Source: an uncultured virus (IMG/VR IMGVR_UViG_3300044716_000940)
Taxonomy: Duplodnaviria > Heunggongvirae > Uroviricota > Caudoviricetes
DNA length: 64,000 nt
IMG/VR virus record: IMGVR_UViG_3300044716_000940
Strand: one strand, 5' to 3'
In this document: positions 48,498 through 56,659 of the stretch, in pieces
Numbering within the stretch: position 1 is the stretch's first letter
Layout: each line of letters starts with the position of its first letter
Notes under the pieces: generated by a model
What the model was told of the DNA's origin: nothing
Seen by the model: only the letters and a program-made list of their open reading frames with translations
Database searches by the model: none
Position numbers and translations under genes: made by a program

Positions 48498-48746
48498 ATG
48501 GAATATACGAAACTAGAGGAATTGCAATGCACTTTCTCCGATTTTCACAAAGACTATTATGGTTATAGACCGCGCTTTGCTACCACTGAAGAGTGGAATA
48601 GCGAAGAATGGCTACAAGCTGCGATTGACAGTATTCACGATGCGATCGCTTATAGAGCAAGAACACCTGAAGGTCGAGCATCGCTGCTTGCTGAAGGGTG
48701 GAGTTATGAAGTAATTGATACTAATTTAAAAGGAAATATATCATGA
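48498..48746 (+). CDS. Hypothetical early protein
   Basis: Start MEYTKL at 48498 behind AAGGA; SDFHKDYYGYRPR motif. Confidence 0.7.
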   Translation: MEYTKLEELQCTFSDFHKDYYGYRPRFATTEEWNSEEWLQAAIDSIHDAIAYRARTPEGRASLLAEGWSYEVIDTNLKGNIS

Positions 48747-49177
48747 AAGTAGTAAATAATCCACAGGTGTATATGGAACCTGGAACCTATTATATTGGCG
48801 ATTTGTGCTATGTATTAGACGCTTCTTGGAGCGCATTCTGCAAACTCACTATACGTGATAACGAATGTCTTAACGGCGGATTTAGATTCGCTGATGGACG
48901 TGAGTTCGTGTCGTTTACAACCATCTATGGTGATGGCACATATACCGACGCAGAAGGTTTTAAATATCCAGTTGATGCAGGCTTAATTGGCTGTATTCGT
49001 GTTGAAGATATGGACTGCAGAATCGATACAATCACTGACTGCGGCCAAATCCGCGTTTTTACTAAACCGTTTGTATGCGAAAAGGTTGATGGTATCCTTT
49101 ACTTCGGTAAAGTGGCAATCGATCTTGACCCGTCTGACTGTAATCAAGAAGAAGAGGAGTATGACGATGAGTATTAA
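48743..49177 (+). CDS. Hypothetical phage protein
   Basis: 144 aa; YYIGDLCYV, T.YGDG.Y, VDAGLIG. Confidence 0.7.
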   Translation: MKVVNNPQVYMEPGTYYIGDLCYVLDASWSAFCKLTIRDNECLNGGFRFADGREFVSFTTIYGDGTYTDAEGFKYPVDAGLIGCIRVEDMDCRIDTITDCGQIRVFTKPFVCEKVDGILYFGKVAIDLDPSDCNQEEEEYDDEY

Positions 49178-49595
49178 CTTAGAACTGCTTGAAAAAGATA
49201 TGGATATACCTGCATGGAAGATTGCAGAAATGCAACGAGCAGAATTAGCTGATCCAGCCGGTATGCGTATGAATTTCTTAAACGGAACTTTATTTGCTAC
49301 ACATTATGCATATACTGATATTAATCCGTATGAAGTGATTCGTATTGTATCGGACAATTGCTTGGAAGTTCGTGAAATGACTCATGAGAATGATCCAAAC
49401 GATATGCCAAAGTTTGTGCCCGGTGGTTTTAGTGTCATTTGCACTCACTTTGGTAAACGTGTAATTACGTCTAATCCGAATGGTAAAACGTTTAAAATTA
49501 CTCGTAAAAAGAAAGATCCAACTCGTTGGGGATATAAAGGTTTGCGGTTCGGTTTAGATAAAGAGCCACACGCTTATTACGATCATAACTTTTAA
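49167..49595 (+). CDS. Hypothetical phage protein
   Basis: Probable start MSINLEL behind GAGGAG; ends YYDHNF. Confidence 0.65.
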   Translation: MSINLELLEKDMDIPAWKIAEMQRAELADPAGMRMNFLNGTLFATHYAYTDINPYEVIRIVSDNCLEVREMTHENDPNDMPKFVPGGFSVICTHFGKRVITSNPNGKTFKITRKKKDPTRWGYKGLRFGLDKEPHAYYDHNF

Positions 49596-49603
49596 GGATC
49601 ATT

Positions 49604-49807
49604 ATGAACATTGAGCATGAAAAGCATGCAGCTGTAATGGCGGATGAGATGTATAGTCAATTTAAAGAAAATACATTAGACTATGTCAGAGAATTTACCG
49701 TCACTAAAGATGGTTTCGATGATTTAGAAGACGCCATAGCAGTGGAAAACTATGCTATAACATTATTTGCAATTAAATTATTAAAGGAAATACACAACTA
49801 TGAATAA
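49604..49807 (+). CDS. Hypothetical protein
   Basis: 67 aa with RBS. Confidence 0.6.
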   Translation: MNIEHEKHAAVMADEMYSQFKENTLDYVREFTVTKDGFDDLEDAIAVENYAITLFAIKLLKEIHNYE

Positions 49808-50117
49808 CGCATTAAGAACCTCAACATGGGTAGCTACGCTCCCTACGCTCACGTCTGACGAAGATGTGCTTGCTTTACGCGCCATTAAATCGGCTGTAAA
49901 GTCAATTAACGAAAGCAACGCAATGGCCGATGGCTATGCAAAGAAAGGCTATCGCGCTCGCTTTAATAAGAGCTGCGAACAAGTCGGTTTGCCGCGCTAT
50001 CGCGTAACCATTCGTGCTCGCGGTCCTATCAATGGATACAAGTATGGATGGGGAGGCTACTTAAAGTTAGCTGGTGGTAGTCGCTTTGATATCTATATTC
50101 ACGAACGGAGAGCGTAA
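49800..50117 (+). CDS. Hypothetical protein
   Basis: 105 aa with RBS. Confidence 0.6.
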   Translation: MNNALRTSTWVATLPTLTSDEDVLALRAIKSAVKSINESNAMADGYAKKGYRARFNKSCEQVGLPRYRVTIRARGPINGYKYGWGGYLKLAGGSRFDIYIHERRA

Positions 50118-50383
50118 TGCCTAAGTTTAAGATACCAAAGAAATACCAAAAGTATATTGACGAAAGCTCTATCGATGTTTATCACGATCTGGATGCGTCA
50201 ACATATTTCGTATGGTTACGTTATGGATATTGTTATGACTATGAAAATAGCCGTAGCCATACTCAAGGATACGACTCACTTAAAGAGGCGTTAGCCGGTC
50301 TTGATAGCGTTTATCTTTGCAATTGCGATGATTGCGCTAAAGAGCCGCTTGGAACTCCAGTAAAGGACCTAATGAATGCCTAA
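50117..50383 (+). CDS. Hypothetical protein
   Basis: 88 aa, coupled start. Confidence 0.6.
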   Translation: MPKFKIPKKYQKYIDESSIDVYHDLDASTYFVWLRYGYCYDYENSRSHTQGYDSLKEALAGLDSVYLCNCDDCAKEPLGTPVKDLMNA

Positions 50384-50582
50384 ATTTGTGGTGTATGAAA
50401 CCAAAGACAACGGTAAGGATTATGTCCTTGCCACTGTCGAAGGTATGTCAGCTGCTATGAAAGAGCTGAAGCGCCGTAAGAAGTTGGTGAAAGAAACCTC
50501 TGTCGTCGGTATGCAAGACAAAGAGATTTATTTATTTATTAAAAAACATCAAGAAAAGGAATTAAAGAAAAATGGCAACTAA
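50376..50582 (+). CDS. Hypothetical protein
   Basis: 68 aa with RBS. Confidence 0.55.
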   Translation: MPKFVVYETKDNGKDYVLATVEGMSAAMKELKRRKKLVKETSVVGMQDKEIYLFIKKHQEKELKKNGN

Positions 50583-50805
50583 ACCTAACACAGTAAAGAA
50601 GCAAAAGAATGGTAACCTTACTCGTAACGGTAAGCCAAAGCTTAAGTCGTTAAGTGTTGCACAAATTCAAAAGCTAATCGATCAAGGTGCGCAGAAGAAT
50701 GCTACATCGAAGATTGGCAAGAAGATGGCGAAGCTTAAGAATGCACTATGTGCTCGCTTTACACCATTAGTCGATAGCGATCCTATCGGTTTTCAACAAA
50801 GTTAA
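50572..50805 (+). CDS. Hypothetical basic protein
   Basis: 77 aa; stop codon lies in HHR7 stem I. Confidence 0.6.
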   Translation: MATKPNTVKKQKNGNLTRNGKPKLKSLSVAQIQKLIDQGAQKNATSKIGKKMAKLKNALCARFTPLVDSDPIGFQQS

Positions 50806-50850
50806 ACTGATGAGTCCTTAATGGACGAAACCGCTTCGGCGGTCTTTAAC
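50801..50850 (+). ncRNA. Hammerhead ribozyme HHR7 (type I)
   Basis: GUUAAA-CUGAUGA-GUCC(UUAAU)GGAC-GAAA-CCGC(UUCG)GCGG-UC^-UUUAAC; cut after 50844. Confidence 0.95.
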
Positions 50851-50868
50851 ATATTATAAGGAGAATGT

Positions 50869-51699
50869 ATGGATGATTTTAAGCCAATGTTGGCTAGTGT
50901 ATTTAAACCAGAGAAATTAAAATTTCCAAAGTTAGCATCAAGAAAATTGGATGGTATTCGCTGTGTAATTCGTGATGGCGTTGCGCTATCTCGTAATGGC
51001 AAGCCCATTCGCAATACGCATATTCAATCCATTATTGGCCGTAAAGCGTTTAACGACTTAGATGGCGAATTAATGGTTGGTAAGCCGAACGATAAGCACG
51101 CATTTCGCACAGCGACAAGCGGTGTAATGTCAGAAGATGGCGAACCAGATTTTACGTTCTTTGTATTCGATATTATGGCTGATGGCGTTGGCTTTCAAGA
51201 GCGCTTAGCTGTAGCTAAAAGTATCGTAAAGAAAGCTGCAATGAAGCAAGTAAAGATTGTTGAGCATAAGATGGTCCGTAATATGGAACAGCTTGACGAG
51301 CTTGAAGCTGCCTTCCTTGAAGATGGATTCGAAGGCGTTATGTTGCGCTCACTTGATGGTCCATACAAGCTTGGACGGTCTAGCGTCACTGAAGGCCATT
51401 TGCTTAAAGTGAAGCGCTTTAGTGATGGCGAAGCTGTCATTGTCGATTACGTTGAAGAAGTTACAAGTAAAGATAGAACTCCTAAGAATTCATTAGGTAA
51501 ATTTATCTGTCGCTTGGAGAATGGCGTAGAGTTCGGCGTTGGCGGTGGGTATACTAAGATAGAGCGCGAAGAATTTTGGAAGAAGAAGGATAAGATGATT
51601 GGTCTAATATTAAAGTATAAACACTTTCCTATTGGCCAGCATGAGCGTCCACGTTTCCCAACGTTCCTTGGTATTCGCGACGAAAGCGATATGTCGTAA
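50869..51699 (+). CDS. ATP-dependent DNA ligase
   Basis: KLDGIR, LDGEL, FFVFD, EGVMLR, LLKVKRF, PRFP.F. Confidence 0.93.
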   Translation: MDDFKPMLASVFKPEKLKFPKLASRKLDGIRCVIRDGVALSRNGKPIRNTHIQSIIGRKAFNDLDGELMVGKPNDKHAFRTATSGVMSEDGEPDFTFFVFDIMADGVGFQERLAVAKSIVKKAAMKQVKIVEHKMVRNMEQLDELEAAFLEDGFEGVMLRSLDGPYKLGRSSVTEGHLLKVKRFSDGEAVIVDYVEEVTSKDRTPKNSLGKFICRLENGVEFGVGGGYTKIEREEFWKKKDKMIGLILKYKHFPIGQHERPRFPTFLGIRDESDMS

Positions 51700-51740
51700 A
51701 AACGGTTCACTCGGTTAATCCCGGGTGAGCTACTATCCCC

Positions 51741-51753
51741 TAAGTTATTGATT
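51741..51753. promoter_or_regulatory. Isolated seventh TAAGTTATTGATT (IHF consensus) site
   Basis: Same 13-mer as the 43.25-43.48 kb array, between a hairpin and the next RBS. Confidence 0.55.
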
Positions 51754-51767
51754 ATAAAGGACTTATT

Positions 51768-52157
51768 ATGAATAAACAGTATACAAAAGACAAACAAAGA
51801 GCTAACAACTCTCCGCTAGCTTACGCAAAATATCGATATAATGCTCAAAAGCAAGCTGCCAAAACGCGAGGAATTGCTTGGGAGCTTGAGCCTTATAAAG
51901 ATGAAGTAATTTTTAAAATTGCTACTGCGGTAGTCTGTGCTGAAAGCGGGCGTAAACTTGTTCACCAAATCGGCAAGTCTAATTCTTATAAACCTAGCAT
52001 CGATCGCATAACAAGTAAAATAGGATACACCATATCAAACATTCAAATAACAACTTCTAGCATTAATGTAGCTAAGATGTCTCTAGAATCTAAAGAGTTT
52101 TACGAGATGTGTAGAGACGTTGTTGCACATTCAGCTTCTAAATATGAAAGGCAATAA
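51768..52157 (+). CDS. Putative HNH-like endonuclease
   Basis: AK.RGI.W, C..SG, PSIDRI.S..GY...NIQ...N..K. Confidence 0.65.
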   Translation: MNKQYTKDKQRANNSPLAYAKYRYNAQKQAAKTRGIAWELEPYKDEVIFKIATAVVCAESGRKLVHQIGKSNSYKPSIDRITSKIGYTISNIQITTSSINVAKMSLESKEFYEMCRDVVAHSASKYERQ

Positions 52158-52525
52158 TGGCTGGACCTCAAGGTAAGGCAATGGCGGTTGGCTCTCACTG
52201 CGCACGCAAAAACGTGTCAGTTGACGGCTATACTCGCTATGCAGTAAGACCACACAATGTCGAGCCATCAGGCGTTTATTTGAATAAAGTAAAAGCATGG
52301 ATGCATGAACACATGGAGTGGGAGACAAAGCAATGGGAGAAGAAGTTTGGTGTCAAAGAGTGGTGGCAGATGGTTAAGATTGAAATGACCAATTACTGCT
52401 TCGGCTTTGAAGGCAATCAAGCGACTTATCTTTATTTAAAATATAAAGGAGAACTTGATGAATCGCAAGCGAAACCTAGTGGCGAAATACGCGGCAAGAT
52501 TCGCTATAAGCAAGCCGATTCTTAG
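52157..52525 (+). CDS. Hypothetical protein
   Basis: 122 aa, coupled start. Confidence 0.55.
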   Translation: MAGPQGKAMAVGSHCARKNVSVDGYTRYAVRPHNVEPSGVYLNKVKAWMHEHMEWETKQWEKKFGVKEWWQMVKIEMTNYCFGFEGNQATYLYLKYKGELDESQAKPSGEIRGKIRYKQADS

Positions 52526-52576
52526 CAAAAAGCAACGAGCTAAGAGTCGTAAAGTAAAACATAAGCGTAAGGATGG

Positions 52577-53056
52577 ATGATGAATATCTTTTATTTGCAC
52601 GAAGATCCTGTAATGGCGGCAGAAATGCATTGCGACAAGCATGTATGCAAGATGATTATCGAAACGGCTCAGATGATGAGCTCTGTTTATTCGCGATATG
52701 GTTGTGAAAATCCGCCATACAAACCAACGCATCAAAAGCACCCATCAACTGTGTGGACTGGCGACAGCCAACTACACTATAACTGGGTGCGCACGCTTGG
52801 TTTGCAGCTTTGCCGTGAATACACCAAGCGCTATAATAAAACCCATAAGACTGAAGCTGTTATAAAGGCTTTATGGTTAGCGCCAAAAGATATGCCGATA
52901 TTGGCATGGCAAGATCCGCCACAGTGTATGGATGCGGAGTATAAGCGTGATAATACGATCGAAGCTTATCGTAATTATTATATAATGGCGAAAGCTAAGT
53001 TTGCCAAATGGGCACACGCAACAAAGGCACCGCAATGGTGGCCTAACACAGTATAA
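52577..53056 (+). CDS. Pyrimidine-dimer glycosylase (DenV)-related family protein
   Basis: MNIFYL..DP..AA..HCDKHV.KMI.E.AQ, YK.TH..HP..W, EY..RY.K.H. Confidence 0.6.
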   Translation: MMNIFYLHEDPVMAAEMHCDKHVCKMIIETAQMMSSVYSRYGCENPPYKPTHQKHPSTVWTGDSQLHYNWVRTLGLQLCREYTKRYNKTHKTEAVIKALWLAPKDMPILAWQDPPQCMDAEYKRDNTIEAYRNYYIMAKAKFAKWAHATKAPQWWPNTV

Positions 53057-53100
53057 CTGATGAGTCCTAATGGACGAAACGCCGTGATGGCGTCTTATAC
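53051..53100 (+). ncRNA. Hammerhead ribozyme HHR8 (type I)
   Basis: GUAUAA-CUGAUGA-GUCC(UAAU)GGAC-GAAA-CGCC(GUGAU)GGCG-UC^-UUAUAC; cut after 53094. Confidence 0.95.
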
Positions 53101-53116
53101 ATTATAAAGGAGAACT

Positions 53117-54670
53117 ATGATAGATGAAATCAAGCAAAAGTTATCCATCGCCAAAGTAGAACTAAAGACAGAGCAAGCAGCTTTGCGCTCTTTAGTGGCG
53201 GTAAGAGATAGCGCAAAACGCGCAGCGAAAACAGCTGTTATGTTTCGTGGCACTCCGTTTTACTTCCGTATCGGAATGGACTTCCGCGGTCGTATGTATT
53301 ACAAAGGCGCTCACTTGAATCCTCAAATGGGCGATGACATTAAGTCAACATTAGTCTTAGCAAATAAAAAACCTTTAGGTGCTGATGGCTATAAATGGTT
53401 ATTGTGGGGAGTAGCATCCTCAGCTGGTTTCGATAAAGCTGATTTCCAAACACGTGTTAATTACACATTGGATAATTTATTCGAAATCAAAGAAGCAGTG
53501 GCTAATCCGAATGAATCTGAGTTCTTTAAGAAAGTTCACTCTGATGGAGAGCCTGCTTTATTCTTGCAGCGAGCCGGTGAGTTGGTGAAAGCGCTTGAGT
53601 CGGGTTCGATTCAGACGTATGAGACCGATATCACTATTGCTATGGACGCTACTTGCTCTGGCTTACAGCTATTATCCGCTGTGGCACGCGACGCTGAAGG
53701 CGGTTCGTTAGTGAATATCACAGCGACTGCTGAAGGTCAAACAGAAAAGCGAGATGTGTATAGCAAGGTTTGCCAGCTTATCTTAGAGAAGTATGCTGAT
53801 TTGCCGGATAATTTCTTTGCACAGTGGATTACCAAATATGGTCTTCCGCGTCGCTTTACAAAGAAAGTGGTAATGACATTGCCATACTCTGCTACGGTTC
53901 GTGGCGCGATCTCTTATGTTCAAGAGGAATTGTATGGTAATCCTGAGAAAGGTGCTTTGCCATACGATCTTCCAACTGAGCCAGCAGATCGCTTATCGCT
54001 ATTAATGGCGGCTAGAGCGTTAGCACATATTGATCGAGTGGATGAGGATATCTCAACTGACTCGTTATACTATGTGATGGCTACTGTGCTTGCTAAAGAT
54101 ATGCATGAGACTTGCCATAAAATCCTGCCAGCAGCTATGAAGCTATTGGACTTCTTTAAATCGACACCAAGTCATTTATTTGACCATGCGATTTGGAATA
54201 CTCCTGATGGCTTGCATGTTAAGCAGCTTTATGGTGTGAAAGAAGACTTTACTTTCCACTACAAGTTTATGCACACTGATCCAGCGACTGGTGAGATTGC
54301 TCCAACAACTATATTCCGTAAATATAACTATTTGGATCCGAGTGAGAAAAATAGAAGCAAAGCCGCTAATGGTATGCCACCAAATTGGGTGCACTCATTG
54401 GACGCTACGCTAGTTCGACGTGTGGTGTTAAAGTCTCCATTCGACATTGTGTGTATTCACGATTCGTTTGCAGCACACCCAGCTGATTGTAATAAATTAG
54501 CGTCGATTTTACGTGAAGAGTTTGTATGGTTAATTGAGCAAGATCCACTAGGAACTTTGATTAAACAGCTGAACGATCAAGTTGGCGCTCAAGTATTCTC
54601 CACTGAAGGATTGATGGTGAATACGCTAAAGACCGATGATCCACTAAGATCGGAGTTCTTATTCTGTTAA
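53117..54670 (+). CDS. T7-like RNA polymerase, C-terminal catalytic subunit
   Basis: DFRGRMY, DATCSGLQ (motif A), R..TKKVVMTLPY (motif B), PNWVHSLDA, IHDSF (motif C); lacks the N-terminal domain. Confidence 0.93.
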   Translation: MIDEIKQKLSIAKVELKTEQAALRSLVAVRDSAKRAAKTAVMFRGTPFYFRIGMDFRGRMYYKGAHLNPQMGDDIKSTLVLANKKPLGADGYKWLLWGVASSAGFDKADFQTRVNYTLDNLFEIKEAVANPNESEFFKKVHSDGEPALFLQRAGELVKALESGSIQTYETDITIAMDATCSGLQLLSAVARDAEGGSLVNITATAEGQTEKRDVYSKVCQLILEKYADLPDNFFAQWITKYGLPRRFTKKVVMTLPYSATVRGAISYVQEELYGNPEKGALPYDLPTEPADRLSLLMAARALAHIDRVDEDISTDSLYYVMATVLAKDMHETCHKILPAAMKLLDFFKSTPSHLFDHAIWNTPDGLHVKQLYGVKEDFTFHYKFMHTDPATGEIAPTTIFRKYNYLDPSEKNRSKAANGMPPNWVHSLDATLVRRVVLKSPFDIVCIHDSFAAHPADCNKLASILREEFVWLIEQDPLGTLIKQLNDQVGAQVFSTEGLMVNTLKTDDPLRSEFLFC

Positions 54671-54688
54671 AAATTTTATGAAAGAGAG

Positions 54689-55597
54689 ATGCTTATGGTA
54701 GAAACGACTAGAGAGTATCAAATGGAGCGAGAGTTCGAAATGATTAAGCTTGGGCTGCAAGTCCAGCAAAATCTAACGGTTAATCTTCGCATTGCATCCA
54801 TCGAATTTAAACGTGAAATCGAGCAATTGACACAAGCTATATTAACATGGAGAAAAGCCGATCGCTTTCGAGGTAGTGAGCGAAAGGCTTATTCTACGTT
54901 GTTGGATACTTTGCCAGCTCAAGTGGTTGCAGAGAATATTATTTATGCAATCCTTGAAACTCACTTAAAAACTGACGATGGCGCACCAATAACTTTCCAG
55001 TTTATTGTGACAAATGCTTTAATATTAAGCCGATTTAAGGCATTATTGCCAAAAGAAGCTACGGCTATTCCTCACCAATTTAAGTTTAAAATTGTGGATA
55101 TGCTTGTAACTAGAGGAGTGTATTTATTATCCTCAATCTTTGTGGTGAAAAAGCAATACCAAGAGATGGCGTCTATTGAGCTTACAACTCGTGCTAAAAA
55201 TCGTTTAGCTGAGGTAGACAGCCGATCGCTTATGTTTGATGGCCCAATGCACTGCAAGCCAGAAGATTGGGTTTCTGTATTTAATGGCGGTTATTTAACT
55301 TCTGAAATGCAGAAAACTGCACCATTGGTTCGGAGCTTGCAACATGACTTTAAAGAGCTAGTGGCCATTGATCGTTCTTTACAAGCTCACCCGGAAATCT
55401 TGCAATCCGTTAATAAACTGCAAGGCGTCTGTTTTAAAATCGATGAGAATTATGAGCAATATCATAATACTGTGGATAATTTTAGAATACACGCAATCAA
55501 AAAGGTTGAGACTAACTTAACCAAGCTAAAAGCCGAAATTCTTAAACTCGAGCAAGAGTTAAAAGAAGCTGAGGCCAGCACAGCTGATGAGACTTGA
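54689..55597 (+). CDS. T7-like RNA polymerase, N-terminal subunit
   Basis: PMHCKPEDW....GGY....PLVR...QSVNKLQ...FKID resembles T7 RNAP PCVVPPKPW..GGGY...LVR...AINIAQ...WKIN. Confidence 0.8.
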   Translation: MLMVETTREYQMEREFEMIKLGLQVQQNLTVNLRIASIEFKREIEQLTQAILTWRKADRFRGSERKAYSTLLDTLPAQVVAENIIYAILETHLKTDDGAPITFQFIVTNALILSRFKALLPKEATAIPHQFKFKIVDMLVTRGVYLLSSIFVVKKQYQEMASIELTTRAKNRLAEVDSRSLMFDGPMHCKPEDWVSVFNGGYLTSEMQKTAPLVRSLQHDFKELVAIDRSLQAHPEILQSVNKLQGVCFKIDENYEQYHNTVDNFRIHAIKKVETNLTKLKAEILKLEQELKEAEASTADET

Positions 55598-55627
55598 TTA
55601 GTCGAAACGCCGTGAGGCGTACTGTGC
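55578..55627 (+). ncRNA. Hammerhead ribozyme HHR9 (type I)
   Basis: GCACAG-CUGAUGA-GACU(UGAUU)AGUC-GAAA-CGCC(GUGA)GGCG-UA^-CUGUGC; overlaps the last codons of the RNAP N-subunit gene; cut after 55621. Confidence 0.93.
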
Positions 55628-55672
55628 AATACCCGGTATACCGCTAGGAAGTGTATTTCACCATGTGGAATA

Positions 55673-55701
55673 ATATCCGCCTTAGGTATACTAAGACATG
55701 G
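55673..55701 (+). promoter_or_regulatory. Candidate phage-RNAP promoter upstream of replication genes
   Basis: ATATCCGCCTTAGGTATACTAAGACATGG, exact inverted copy of 43182-43210. Confidence 0.65.
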
Positions 55702-55739
55702 AACCAAACCATGTTTTTTTTAACCTTATAGGAAATAAG

Positions 55740-56279
55740 ATGGCAAAACTTAAAAATGCAATCACGCCAAAAGGTGTATTGTCCTGGCCTTACATCGCTA
55801 AGCCAGATACACGATATAACCCTGAAGGTGTGTATAAAACCAGCATTGTCGTACCTGCAGCAGAAGCTGCTTCGCTGATGGAAATGTGCAAAACTCAATT
55901 TGTTGAAGAGCATGGACAGGCTAAGCTTGCAAAAGCTAATATGCCTTTTGAAGTAAATGAAGAGAGCGGTGAAGTTACGTTTAAATTCAAATCAAAGCGT
56001 CAACCAACTGTTTACGATGCCAAAGGCAAAGTAATTAAGAAAGTTCCGCAGATTTCTTCTGGCACTATTGCCAAAATCTCAACTGCAATTAACCCATACG
56101 CAACCGGCATTAATATTGGCGTATCGCTATATTTAAATGATGTTCAAGTAATTGAGCTCGTTGAATACGGCAAAGGCGCGGTATTTGGCGCTGAAGATGG
56201 TTATGAGTATGAAGATGATGGCTCTGTAGATGAAGAAAAGGAGCCAGCACTTGGCGAAAAGACCGACTCGGACTTCTAA
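55740..56279 (+). CDS. Single-stranded DNA-binding protein (T7 gp2.5-like)
   Basis: TPKG...PYI.KPD, GVSL.L..VQVIELVE, acidic tail ending in DF. Confidence 0.9.
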   Translation: MAKLKNAITPKGVLSWPYIAKPDTRYNPEGVYKTSIVVPAAEAASLMEMCKTQFVEEHGQAKLAKANMPFEVNEESGEVTFKFKSKRQPTVYDAKGKVIKKVPQISSGTIAKISTAINPYATGINIGVSLYLNDVQVIELVEYGKGAVFGAEDGYEYEDDGSVDEEKEPALGEKTDSDF

Positions 56280-56658
56280 GCAAGTTGGAAATTACTTAGG
56301 ATTTCGTTCTGGACTTGAAGAGCGTGTTGCCGAACAGTTAGTTGAAGCTAAAGTTCCGTTCACTTTCGAAGAGATGAAGATTAGTTATTTAAAGCCTGAG
56401 CGTAAAGCAATTTATACTCCTGACTTTGTATTATCTAATGGGATTATCGTCGAAACTAAAGGAAGGTTTTTAACTGCTGATCGGCAAAAACATCTGCTTG
56501 TCAAAGAGCAACATCCAGAGTTAGATTTACGTTTTGTGTTTAGCAGCTCAAAAACTAAAATTTCAAAATCATCAAAAACCTCTTACGGCGATTGGTGTGA
56601 GAAGAATGGTTTTCAATATGCTGACAAAACTATCCCCAACGAATGGCTAAAGGAATAA
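56230..56658 (+). CDS. Endonuclease I (T7 gp3-like)
   Basis: FRSGLEE, YTPDF.L.NGI.VETKGRF, DRQKHL, YGDWCEK.GF; start uncertain. Confidence 0.92.
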   Translation: MKKRSQHLAKRPTRTSKQVGNYLGFRSGLEERVAEQLVEAKVPFTFEEMKISYLKPERKAIYTPDFVLSNGIIVETKGRFLTADRQKHLLVKEQHPELDLRFVFSSSKTKISKSSKTSYGDWCEKNGFQYADKTIPNEWLKE

Positions 56659-56659
56659 G

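Noticed and set aside
53095..55621. In-frame fusion of RNAP halves after RNA circularisation
   Set aside because: The N-half ends at TGA 55595-55597, the junction spacer is 46 nt (out of frame), and the other two frames also hit stops inside HHR9
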